A DNA stretch of 64,000 bases from Octopus vulgaris. Its lineage: Eukaryota. How positions within the stretch are numbered: the stretch's first letter is position 1; the number at the start of each line of letters is the position of its first letter. A program made the translations under genes and the position numbers. The stretch is taken from the NCBI GenBank assembly GCA_951406725.2, contig OX597815.1, positions 82,832,001 through 82,896,000 on the forward strand. Direction: 5' to 3'. The notes beneath the pieces were generated by a model, which had not been told where the DNA came from, did no database searches, and saw only the letters and a list, made by a program, of their open reading frames with translations. Positions 27,742 to 40,289 of this stretch are shown one piece after another.

Positions 27742-29417
27742 ACATATGCTCTCATACATACATTCGCAAACCAAAGGTAGACATACACATACACATACCT
27801 GAACAACGAGAAAGCCTCGACATTGTTACTCGACCTCCTAAATATATTAGCCAAATATTTCTCAATTTACAATCCTGTTTAAACAAAAGACGGAATGTTC
27901 ATTGTCGGAACTTTTTTGATCGTAAGCCTAAACGACGCAAAATACCGTCTTCGAGTCACGAATTTCAGATTTATCAGATGTTGCTACCATTAAAAATATT
28001 ACGAAACGCATGGCCTAGTTTTTAAGGCATCCGACACACGATCATACGTTGGTAACTTCGATTGCTGGACTGGGTGCGTTGCTGTGTCCATAGCAAGGCG
28101 CATCAATTCATGTTGCTCCTTTCTGCTCAGCAAAACATAGCGCACCAAAGGATTTCTTGATGAAATCCGTTCTCCTTTTGTCACTTGTTCGAGTCAATGG
28201 TAGGATAGTCGACAGAATGTCTAAATCTGGTGGCGACAACATAGACTTCTAAATCAATCAGTGAAAGCATGGTGCATGCGACAAGTGAAGACTCACTCGC
28301 AAATAACGGCTAACGTTTAGATGATGACATAGGGCTGTAGAATTTAACTATGGTATCGTGCTTTTAACACTTGTGTTAATCCAGTTACATTTGTTTTGTA
28401 GGCAGATGGCACATATGTAGCTGTATAAATGCCTACAAGCAATCAGTAGATCTCATTCGATGAATATGTTAAGTTAGCATGCCTGAAACATGGGATTGTT
28501 GTTGAGGGCGCTGAGATTAAATGACAGTTGTTGGTGAACGAATCGATAAAGACCGGAAATATCAGGTTTATATATCCTGTTCAACGTTAGTCGTATGACC
28601 ATAACCTAAATATATTCGAGTCCTGACATTCAAGTTTGCTTCACAGTAAGTATTTTGTTCTATGTGTATCTACTTACTGTAAGCAGTAGTATCAGCGCAG
28701 AAATTAAAGTGAGTTTGGTTGACTTGTACATTTTAAGCTCGTGCCTCTTTTCTTTAGATTTTAGTCGGATATACTGATACACTACAAAACATACATTTAA
28801 ATCCTCAGTAGTAATTCCACAACCAAATGGGTTATGAAATTCGCCAAACTCCAGCATTGATCAAGGTTCTTATTATGATAATCCTATATTTATTACTGAA
28901 CATCTTTTCACGGTTTAGGATTCAAGACTCAGTTTTTCTTATTAAGATCATATTAAGAAATATGTCCAACGAAAATTAAAGAGAAAATGCACTTATCAGT
29001 TACAGAATTTCTACATGGTCAATTGATTTACTAGAAACAGCTGTTAAAACTCATTCAAATCACATACTGCAATGAAAAATGGTTGCTGGATCAAATTGGA
29101 AAATTTTGTACTGGATATATTGTGTCTTTGTAATGGGATGGTCTTGACGGAAACTCCTTTGATCTACTTATTGAAAACTGATCTGAGACAAACGGTAATT
29201 TAAGCACTCTCACACTAATAATGTGTGACTGCTACCTAGAGCATATATCTTCTTAACAGCAATTTAGCTCCTTACTTCCGAAGGACATCACGTGTAAAAT
29301 CCTTCCACCAAACATTTATATTCCTTTACATTCTCAAAATTTCTCCTTGTGCTATTCCTCTACCCACTATGTTTCGGTTGGTTTTCTCTTCAAAATTCTT
29401 TCTTTATAAGTACATAT

Positions 29418-29456
<39 letters not shown>

Positions 29457-29570
29457 TGTAGAAGGTATGAAAATATATTGTATATACGCATGCAAGTATG
29501 TATGCATGTGTATGCCTGTAAACACACGCACACACACACAAACACACACACACACACACATACACACACA

Positions 29571-29614
<44 letters not shown>

Positions 29615-29801
29615 CATATGTAGTGATGAAAGGCTAACAATTAGTCAAGGCAGGACAAGGACATTTGATTTCATTTAATTCAATCTAAAAGTTAGCTCCA
29701 TAACAAATGGTAAAATTAGTACAAACTTGTGGCACACCTATTTGAGAACATTCTACGCATACCTAGTAGCTTGAGTCAACTTGACCTAAACTCCACATGT
29801 C

Positions 29802-29846
<45 letters not shown>

Positions 29847-29902
29847 CGCGCGTGTGTGTGTGTAAAATTTTATTGACGTCACATATATAATGTTTTGTTT
29901 AG

Positions 29903-29937
29903 ATGATTCTGCCCATGGCTGCGGCATTTCGTACAGG
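29903..29937 (+). other. Candidate 35-nt exon
   Basis: tgttttgtttag|ATGATTCTGCCCATGGCTGCGGCATTTCGTACAGG|gtaagt; strong splice signals, no partner exon found. Confidence 0.25.
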
Positions 29938-30629
29938 GTAAGTCTCTTCAAGACATCGAGCGTTAAAAAAACGCTATATACTTTAAAACCAGGCTAAACG
30001 AATCGCCCCGTAGGTGAACGACAACAGTGGACGACGCTATTTTGCTGTTATTTCGAGTCACCCGCGAAACGAACCCAAATCGATGATTTGATGTATAAAC
30101 AGAAATATCGACTTTCACCGTTCTCGTTCATCTGCGGCGTGATTCATTTCGCCTGTCTTTGAATTACACAGTGTTTTTCTTTTAATAATCGACGTATTAA
30201 AAGGACTTTGACTGGACGAAATGCCCCAGTTGAGAGCGTTTAAACAAAACACATACAAAAAGAATATGACATCAATAATGTCCACACTAGTTTCTAACTC
30301 AAATTTTACTTGTGAAGCGCAGTTGCACGTCAGGAAATATAATTTACTCTAGCTGCATATACCTCAGGTCAGCAATTCGAGTTCGATTTGAGGTTGACTT
30401 AAGCATGCAGGACCAACAAGCTGAAATAACAGCGAAATATAGATAACCATCATTTTCCTTCACCTTCGGCGCTATTTCATTTGCCTGTTTCATAGGCATA
30501 AAGTAATTTTCAACACTTGAAGTCTTAATGGGACTTGCCTAGGACGAAATACTGCAGCCTAAAAACGCTTCAGCAAAACATATGCATTACGCATGTGACA
30601 GCAATAAACTAAACATATATACATATATA

Positions 30630-30688
<59 letters not shown>

Positions 30689-30757
30689 GTGTGTGTGTGT
30701 ATGTGTGTGTGTGTGTGTGCGTATATATATACATATACATATATGTGTATATATATG

Positions 30758-30815
<58 letters not shown>

Positions 30816-31732
30816 AGTTTGTGTATGTGTGTGTGTGTGTGCGTATATATATACATATACATATATGTGTATATATATGTATGTATATATATATATATAG
30901 AGATAGATGTATAAGAGATGACTTCTGTATGCGTATATATACATATACCTGTATGTCTGTACAGAGGTATATATTTATATACCACATACTTAGTGTCTAG
31001 AATGTTCTACATATTTTCATATTTCATTCAGTAGCGTGAAATTGTAATTTCTTAATTAGCTGTGTCGTTTCTAGTTTTTTGAAACATAGATTCAAGTTTG
31101 ACATTGAGACAGCTATATACATAAGTTTTAACAGAATTATACCACTAACAATTTTTTTTCATTTACGTACGATATAACGTCTACTTGTTTATAACTTCAA
31201 ATATTTCGAGAGTTAAATTTATCTCCACTTAAACGTGCATGTTGTTAGAGCAACCTATACAGAACATCCTCGATTAATTGGGGATAAATATTACCTTTCC
31301 GTATTAATTACTGCCTATATCGCTGATATACATTTAAAAAATATTTTGGTCTTTATACAAATTGCACTGTATAGTGTTTTTGACTCTACCTTATAACTCA
31401 TAGTTAAATAGCGCTGCTGAAAACTACTTAGCATATAGGTGATATCTTCGGTGTTAATTCCATCGATTTTGAAAGTCAAAACACCTTAATGAGACTTTCG
31501 TCACAGCTTAGTGTTTGACTTGAAATTTATGTGTGTATAGTTCCTTAGTTTTATCTTTTTTTAAATTTGTCACAAATAGAGAAAGAGCCGGTTTGTAGTT
31601 AAAAAACAAGTCTCTTCCATTGAAAAGTAGAAGTTAAACAATATCAACAGTTAGAGAGTATGTATGTATGTATGTATGTATATATCTATGTATGTATGAA
31701 GGTACTTATTCATGAATATAGGCACACCTATA

Positions 31733-31792
<60 letters not shown>

Positions 31793-32249
31793 CATACATA
31801 CATGCAAACGCAAACACATACTCACACACACACACACCACACATATAAGTATGAGAGGCAAAAGCATGGGCGTGTTGGTAGAATTTGAATAGGTCACACA
31901 ATTATGCAGACATCGGAAATGATTTAAAAATTTGTGAAAGTTGTGGTTTTAGTGCATTAGGTTGTTGCTGTTGTTTCGTATCTGGTCCGCACCAACGCTG
32001 TTGTGTCATTACTAGCAATAGTAGTAATGCTAGTTTTACTGGTTTCTGAAACTTTTGGCCAACGTAGACAATGCAAATTAGTGAAAGTAATTGGCATATT
32101 TTAAGGAAGACAATGCTGGAGCCGACACAATATTGTACCAGTACCTGCAATTCCAGCATGCAAAATTCAGCTTCCTACTTACCAGCAGACGTGCATACAG
32201 TCTCGAGATGCTAACACATCTCCACTTGTCTTAATGATGTTCCACTAAC

Positions 32250-32276
32250 ATGCAGTCTACACTTGCAAGAGTTTAT

Positions 32277-32327
<51 letters not shown>

Positions 32328-33243
32328 GTGCGCACACTAATTCACATACACACAGACACACATACATACACACAACATATACCTCCACGCGCACGCACAC
32401 ATACACATACGTACACACATATAAGCACAGTCGCAAACACATACATACGCTCACCAAAACATGCGCACACATACGCACGCACACGCGTAAAAAGAAACTC
32501 ACAACCCCACGGATACACGCATATACATCCATTTACGCTTACACACACATACAAACGCACACATACACGCACATACATACACACGTACACGCACACACAC
32601 ACAATTGAACCCACACATACATCCCATACGGCACACAACCATACATACACGCACACAATTATACATACATATATATACACACACACGCTCGTACAAGCAC
32701 ACACAAACACATGCACTAAGTTAAGCACAGTTACTCGCCATACACACAAAAAACGCACACCTACACACACACATACTACAACAAAACACACACACGATAC
32801 ATATACACGCACACACACATACCTCGCTGTTTCTGACCTGCCTTTCTGACTTGCTAGGGTGCCCCTACACCACTCCTTTAATTCTACTACTGCCTGCTAC
32901 TAGCCATTGTCCACCATACACACACATACACACACATACACACACCCTTGTCATCTCGCACACCTTTTTTACCATTCCTTCTTTGATTCAGCTCTCTTGT
33001 TTTTAAAAGCATTTTCCTCCTTTTTTACCACTTCCGTCTTTTTAGTATGTGACCTCGTGAATACTACCTGCAATGTTTTTTCCTCTGTCCTCCCGCCTCG
33101 GGATCTTTCTTTCTCCTATGTTTCCGACGAAGAGCTCCGCTCGAAACGTCAAACCCTCTTTTTCCCTTCTTTCCTGAGCGTCCAATAATACTTTATTTGT
33201 TCCACATCCTTGCGTTTTTGTCCTTTTGTTTTCTTGTTTGGAT

Positions 33244-33250
<7 letters not shown>
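32250..33250 (+). mobile_element. PLE 3' region: degenerate CA-rich tract plus family B pLTR ending at (TA)n
   Basis: 33045-33250 matches 38165-38375; same layout as 165-1190. Confidence 0.65.
33120..33154 (+). ncRNA. Minimal HHR, family B (CCGACGA core, GUC site)
   Basis: gttt CCGACGA a gagc-tcc-gctc GAAA CG TC aaac; stem I gttt/aaac. Confidence 0.75.
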
Positions 33251-33294
<44 letters not shown>

Positions 33295-33297
<3 letters not shown>

Positions 33298-33512
33298 ATA
33301 TGTTACAATTATTCAATAGTCAAGATAAAACTCTGAGTTTCGGATGCCGAAGTGGAAATCCACAACACCAGCTCTTCGGTTATCTGGCCATCTGAAAACT
33401 CAGAGTTTTATCTTGACTATTGAATAATTGTAACATATTATTTTATAGATAAATTTCCTCTATTTACATAATATTGAGGTCTCTTTCTTTCTTTTGCTAT
33501 CTTACCGTTTTT
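33295..33512. mobile_element. Fold-back HHR cassette (family E) between (TA)n tracts
   Basis: ~33295-33354 is the reverse complement of ~33387-33441. Confidence 0.8.
33323..33385 (-). ncRNA. Type-I HHR, CCGAAGA core
   Basis: agataa CCGAAGA gctggtgtt-gtgg-attt-ccac-ttc-ggcatcc GAAA CTC-A-GAG TT ttatct; stem I is a perfect 6 bp. Confidence 0.72.
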
Positions 33513-33540
33513 ACATATATATATATATATATATATATAT

Positions 33541-33606
33541 GTTTGCAAAATACAGTTTGCAGAATACAGTTTGCAGAATACAGTTTGCAGAATACAGTTT
33601 GCAAAA
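33541..33606. repeat. 14-bp minisatellite (gtttgcagaataca) x ~4.7
   Basis: Directly visible. Confidence 0.9.
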
Positions 33607-33890
33607 CCTAGCACTCTGGAGCCTACCCAGCTGTATTTATAGCACAGAGTCGCTCATCTTGCTACGGTCAAAAATTGTGAAGCATGACTGTCAACACTGC
33701 TGCATGGACCCGAAGATTGCAGAATTCAATGCATGAAAGTACTGGTTCAATCAGAATGAATATTTAACATTCTACTATTTCATTTTATTTTATTTTATTC
33801 AATTATAATATATTATCTTATAATATATCATTGTAGGATTGTAAATAAAACGTGAAAATCAGACAAGGTTGGAATTCTTTTTATTAATAT

Positions 33891-33974
<84 letters not shown>

Positions 33975-33978
<4 letters not shown>

Positions 33979-34700
33979 AAATGCCTTCACTTTGGCGCGC
34001 TGAGATCGGAAAATAGCGATTTGACGTCTATATCTAGCATCTTGACCGTCCACTTTTTGAGTGGTCAGTCCTTTGAATTTTGTATGTAAAAATATTTTAA
34101 TCTTCGGATTTTTTAATATGCTGGGCCACTGGTTTTAATTGATTAATATCAATTTCTACCCTTATTAAATTTTAAATTAAATAAATATGTTCTCTAACCG
34201 ATAAATTGACTGCTGCTACTTATTAGCTGCAGGGCGGTTTTTCCGATCTCAGCGCGCCAAAGTGAAGGCATTTGAAAGATAAACAAAAATATAATCGGTT
34301 GGACTCCATGCATGCGAGACTCCGGTCAAACGTTTTTACATCTAGTCCTGCAAATTGTATTTCTATATGACAGACCATGCTGACGAGATTAAAGTTTATC
34401 CTTGCGGATATTAATAATCGAAACTGATTCAGTACATGGGTAATCATTGTTATTTCGTATATTTTCATTTGTCTTGCTTATTTATAATGCTTTGGTTTTG
34501 TGCTGAGTTTTTATTTGAGAACATGTTCTTTATGGAAAATAGCGATTTGACGTCTATATCTAGCATGTTGACCGTCCACTTTTTGAGTGGTCAGTCCTTT
34601 AAATTTTGTATGTAAAAATATTTTAATCTTCGGATCCTTTAATATGCTGGGCCACTGGTTTTAATTGATTAATATCAATTTCTACCCTTATTACATTTTA
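33975..34700 (+). mobile_element. ORF-less greater-than-unit-length HHR cassette between (TA)n tracts
   Basis: Short inverted repeat ~33978-34013 vs ~34239-34274; direct repeat ~34008-34170 vs ~34534-34695; HHR at 34375-34439. Confidence 0.8.
34375..34439 (+). ncRNA. Fully canonical type-I hammerhead ribozyme
   Basis: ccatg CTGACGA gatta..tatcc-ttgc-ggata..taatc GAAA ctga-t-tcag TA catgg; all stems Watson-Crick; GUA cleavage triplet. Confidence 0.88.
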
Positions 34701-34722
34701 TATTATATATATATACATATAT

Positions 34723-34870
34723 ACGACGAGCTTCTTTCAGTTTCCGTCTACTAAATCCACTTACAAGGCTTTGGTCGGCCCGAAGCTATAGTAGAAGACA
34801 CTTGCCCAAGGTCCCACGCAGTGGGACTGAACCCGGAACTAGCTACTTACCTCACAGCCACTCCTACGCC
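34723..34870 (-). mobile_element. SINE S1 head
   Basis: Reverse complement of the S1 consensus. Confidence 0.85.
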
Positions 34871-34995
34871 ATGTCGATATTGATACGTGTTCTTACTTTT
34901 TGGTCACCACAACAATGTTCGGTTTCCTATGTCTGGTCAGGTGATCGTACTGCATCATTACATCCCACAGGGTTTTGCAGTTCTCATTTTCGGAA

Positions 34996-35037
<42 letters not shown>

Positions 35038-35183
35038 ATTAGTGAAATGCTAAATCAATTAGCAGTTATGTAATCTTGGTGACAAGGTTCCTCAAATCTA
35101 AAGTGTCTTTGATTCCTAAAATGGAAATGACACGCAAATGTAAAGCATTACCTGACAGGAACAGTATTTAAAGTACAAAATGC

Positions 35184-35184
<1 letters not shown>

Positions 35185-35243
<59 letters not shown>

Positions 35244-35298
35244 GTGCCGCCGCCACCATTACCACTATAACCACCACTACCGCCACCACCATTAATAT

Positions 35299-35338
<40 letters not shown>

Positions 35339-35400
35339 GCTACTGCTACTGCTACTGCTACTGCTACTGCTGCTGCTGCTGCTGCTACCGCTGCTGCACC
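35185..35400. repeat. (ACT)/(ACC)/(GCT) compound trinucleotide array
   Basis: Directly visible; similar arrays at 43717-44120 and 62372-62600. Confidence 0.9.
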
Positions 35401-35759
35401 CGCGATCCTCAACATTAACCCTTACGACACCAATTAAGTGTACTAAGACGACGGCCTAAATTGGAACCTGTAAAACTAGCATTACCACTACCGCCGTCAA
35501 TGACACCGCACGATGTAACAAATACTAAAACGAGTTATGTCAGTATGATGTACACCGTTTTCATTTGCATCATCGTCATCATCAATATCGTCGTCGTAGT
35601 CAATGCTTTCATGTCACCAACATCATTACATCAAATGTCACTATGACAATAACTCAAGCGATTGAGCCCCTTCATGTTCATGCTATCTGCAAGAAATAAC
35701 AAGAACTACCTCCCGGTATTACACACACGCATAAACATATGTCCAGATATATCGTTTAC

Positions 35760-36125
35760 ATTTTACTTGTTTCAGTCATTGGACTGCGGCCATGCTGGAG
35801 CACCGCCCTGAAGGATTTTAGTCGAACGAGTCGACTCCGGTACTTTTTTTGCGTTTAAACGCAAGGCTTAATCTGTCGGTCTCTTTTTCCCGAACCGCTA
35901 CTATGGAGACGTTGACAAGCCGACAGCGGTTATTATGATGTGGTGGAGGCGAATACACACATGCACACTGGATTCATTTCACTTTCTGTCTATCAAATCC
36001 ACTCACAAGATCTTGCTCGGTTCTGGGGTATTGTAGAAGACACGTTTACCCAAAGTGTCAAGCAGTGGAACAGAACCTGAAACCATGTCGTTGATAAGCC
36101 AGCTTCTTATTACACTGCCAGGCCT
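35760..36125 (-). mobile_element. SINE S1 (tail 35760-35945, head 35970-36125)
   Basis: ttttacttgtttcagtcatt.gactgcggccatgctggagcaccgcc is the reverse complement of the S1 tail. Confidence 0.8.
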
Positions 36126-36128
36126 GCA

Positions 36129-36181
<53 letters not shown>

Positions 36182-37209
36182 TGTGTGTGTGTGTATTCGT
36201 GCGTGCGTGAGCGTAAGTCCTATCACATCCTAGTCGAATGAGTAAATGAAGTAAAAAAACATGTTTCACTATGGTATGAAATAGCTCGGTTTAGACTGGG
36301 GTGTTATATTCTGCAATAGTGGGTGGCAGTGCGTGTTTTGGTTTGGTGTAATGCAATGTAAAGGCGTGTGATAGGATATAAGGTCAATTGTAGTTTATCG
36401 CTATAATCTCTCTCTTACAGACCAACAGATAAATACATCACATAGACAAGATATCGTAGCGCATGAAGGTATGTTTCGATAACTTCATGTTTAGGTCAGG
36501 GCGTATATGACCATGTCTATGTTTGTATATATGTATGAACTGAAGCTGAACTATGTCAGTGTGTGTGTGTGTCTGACTACCTGATTCTCATAATATACAT
36601 TTGAATGAGGAAATGTTATCTGATAAGAATATGCAAATATATATGTGAATGTATGCCTGTTTGTATGAGTATGTGTAACTGAAATGAATGTGTGTGCGTG
36701 TGTGTGACTACTTTAAAGAGAGAGGTATGTATGTCATGCTTACATGTATATACTCCCAAAATATTTGCATACTCATATGGCTAACTGGTACATAATGAAC
36801 AAAAGGGACAAAATGTAAGTAAAAATGTCGATTACGAGTACATTTCAGTGGGATATATACAATACACAATCGACCACTTCCCAGGAATTTAACGATTGTA
36901 CTATCTCTCATTACGCATTAATGTTGACAAAACAATACACAACGCCATATATAAACAATAATACTGAAAGTATCCAGGTACATGTATATCAATACAGAGA
37001 ATGCAGGTAGAAGAGTCTCATGAAAACTTCTGCGAGATGAAGGTATAGCAAGTAAGCGGACACTCACTACGCAGCGAGCAGACTACAAGAGAAATCTATA
37101 GATGATGAACTCCTGTCAAGTGTTTCTGTCCATCCGTTACGGACACTGTAAGGGAACCGGATCGACCTTGTTTCCGTTAGAGTGTCGGTCCCCACGATTT
37201 CTTGGTGCG

Positions 37210-37280
37210 CTATTGTTTTCGAAATGCTGCTTTTTTGGGAGATTGAGCCCGGAACATTCTGGTTGTCTTATCCCACTGAA
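37210..37280 (-). CDS. Candidate terminal coding exon of an unidentified gene
   Basis: ttgttttccag|TT CAG TGG GAT AAG...AAA CAA TAG = (V)QWDKTTRMFRAQSPKKAAFRKQ*; phase 1 matches exon 47572-47737. Confidence 0.45.
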
Positions 37281-37850
37281 CTGGAAAACAATTATGTCAT
37301 TCATAGATGATCAGCTGTCAGGCAAATAAGAACATTTCTTCCTCAATCGCAGTAAAGGAGAATATTTATGGTCAACTGCTTTGAAATTCACATTTATACC
37401 AATAACAAATAGTACATTTGGCTATGTAAGTAAATATTCAAGCTGCATTCTGGAAAAATTAGCATTTCCCGGTAAAGGAAATTGCCAGCAAACTCGCAGT
37501 AAAATTTTACAAGGAGTAAAATTTATAAGCAGTAAAATTTTATAAGAATTACAAAAATTTTCTGAAATCGTTTCCCTCATAATAATTTCAACAGTTGAAC
37601 TTTATTACTATAGTGAAAAGAAGCTCCTATCTTGTAGACAGAAGTGAAAAATATGTACATATTATTATAAAGGAATACACATGTACACACATAGACAGGT
37701 AGAAAGTTGCTGAGTGACTTTTAAAGTTCAGATTATGAACGATAGAGAGATGGTCAATTAGAATTATGCATATACTTACACATACGTACATACACACACA
37801 GACACATACGCACACACACATATATATATATATATAGATGGAGAGATAAA

Positions 37851-37897
<47 letters not shown>

Positions 37898-38014
37898 TTA
37901 TATCGTTAATAAAAATAAAAAAGAACGAAGAAAAGCACAACAAGAAAGAACAACAAGGCAAGGACGTGGTGCAGGGAAAATATTAGCAGACGCTCAGAGA
38001 AGGAAAGAAAGGTA

Positions 38015-38049
38015 GTTTTACGTTTCGAGCAAAGCTTTTCTTCAGAAAC
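38015..38049 (-). ncRNA. Minimal HHR, family B, canonical CUGAAGA
   Basis: gttt CTGAAGA aa-agc-ttt-gct-c GAAA CG TA aaac. Confidence 0.7.
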
Positions 38050-38241
38050 AGGAGACAAAGGAAAGTCCAAGAGAAAAGGAAGACGGAGGAAAAAATCCCC
38101 AGCAATCCGCATGTAGTTACATTTTGATATATATATATATATATATGATATGTATCCGGTCATTCAAAATGTGACCGCGTGTGTACCGTTGGCGATTTTT
38201 TCTCCTCTGTCTTCCCTTCTCTGGACCTTTCCTTCTCCTAT

Positions 38242-38276
38242 GTTTCCGACGAAGCGCTCCGCTCGAAACGTCAAAT
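38242..38276 (+). ncRNA. Minimal HHR, family B
   Basis: gttt CCGACGA a gcgc-tcc-gctc GAAA CG TC aaat; one stem II mismatch. Confidence 0.65.
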
Positions 38277-38375
38277 CCCCATTCTTTCCTTCTTTCCTGA
38301 GCGTCCAATGATACTATATTTGTTCCACGTCCTCGCGTTGTTGTGTTTTTTGTGCTTTCATGTTTGGATTAACTT

Positions 38376-38432
<57 letters not shown>

Positions 38433-38438
38433 TATATA

Positions 38439-38521
<83 letters not shown>

Positions 38522-39240
38522 GTATATATATGTATCTAAAGGAAGGGTGATGACAATGAAAAAACAAAACTGCGGAAACAATCGCACACAGTTGCTATCA
38601 AAACTACAACCACGGAAACGTAGACACCCAAATAAAGATAGTTCAAAAACACAATTAAGCACTATTCGCATATTGAGTGTTGAAGTATACACCCACAACT
38701 CGCTACACGCTAGATTCAATCTGACCTTCAATGCAGGTTGTTACACCTCACGAAGTGATCTTCAATTATCTGAGTTACTTTATCGCTTTTCAGACGTGAA
38801 AGAATTTCTAAGGCCAGGTGTCTGTAAATGCGTAAGCCTGTGAATGAATGAATGTATGCATGTGTGTATATGGAAGTGGAACGGTGTGGGTGGGTGGAAC
38901 AGGCTTATTTCGTGCGTGCGTTTTGTTTTGGTGTCTCTGTGTGCGTCTGTCTGTCCGGTGGTGCGTTTGCCTGCGCTCTCTTTGGTTTGTAGGAGTTCGT
39001 GTATGTTCATGTTGTGTGTACTTACAGTTTTCGCAGTTGAGCTAATATGAACGATATGCGAGTTTGTGCGTGTGTGTACACGGGAATATAAAACTGTCAC
39101 TGGCGAGATGCTTTGGAGAATATGTAGCTTTATATGTACACACACACACACACACATATATGTGTGTGTATGTATATGCGTATATATATATATATATATA
39201 TACATATCTGTGTGTGTGCGCGCGTATACATGTACGTATG

Positions 39241-39287
<47 letters not shown>

Positions 39288-39368
39288 TGCCCCAGCATGG
39301 CCACAGCTCATAAGCTGAAACTAGAATCAATCAATCATATGTATATATATATATGTATATATATATAT

Positions 39369-39425
<57 letters not shown>

Positions 39426-39490
39426 CTGTGTGTGTGCGCGCGTATATATGTACGTATGTATATGTATATATATATGTATATATATATACA

Positions 39491-39570
<80 letters not shown>

Positions 39571-40150
39571 TATATATTTGTATGTATGTATGTATATACG
39601 CACAGAAAGACAAGTACCTATGTAGATAATGTGTGAGTAGGTGTGCAATTATGCGTGTGTTCCGCGTGAGATTGGAAACATGGAAGCATGCGTGTCGGAA
39701 CTGTGAGTGTCTTCTTTGACACTCAGAGAAACGTATGTGTGAGAAAAAAAGAATTACAATGAATAGGGCTCGTGATTGTGAGAACAGGCTTTCAAACATG
39801 GAACAACTGAGACTGCAAAGGGTAATGCCACAAAGAAAAAGGCGTAGATACAGACACAGGTACACACACATACACACACACACACATACATACATACAGA
39901 CACAGGTGCACTCGGATGTATACACACATAAACCCACGCACACAAACACACACTATCGTAAACATGCTAAGAAGTGAAGTAGGAAGTTTTTTATATTTAT
40001 TTATATATTTAGTATATCGAGCTTTAGTTCGTCACCTTCACAGTATATATATAACATTTACGTAGACCTCTTAGCTGTATTTCCCTGCTGCTTTCACTTC
40101 ACCCCAACACATCATTTTCATCTTTCCTCTTTCCCCCTTTCTCCTCTCTT

Positions 40151-40210
<60 letters not shown>

Positions 40211-40236
40211 TACATACATACATATATATATACATA

Positions 40237-40283
<47 letters not shown>

Positions 40284-40289
40284 TGTATA

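Larger units (their letters stand above)
37905..38375. mobile_element. Two family B pLTR copies in divergent orientation around a (TA)n spacer
   Basis: Minus copy 37905-38115 and plus copy 38165-38375, each ending at (TA)n. Confidence 0.8.

Noticed and set aside
33541-33606. Regular short repeats suggestive of a CRISPR array
   Set aside because: No spacers; it is a eukaryotic minisatellite.
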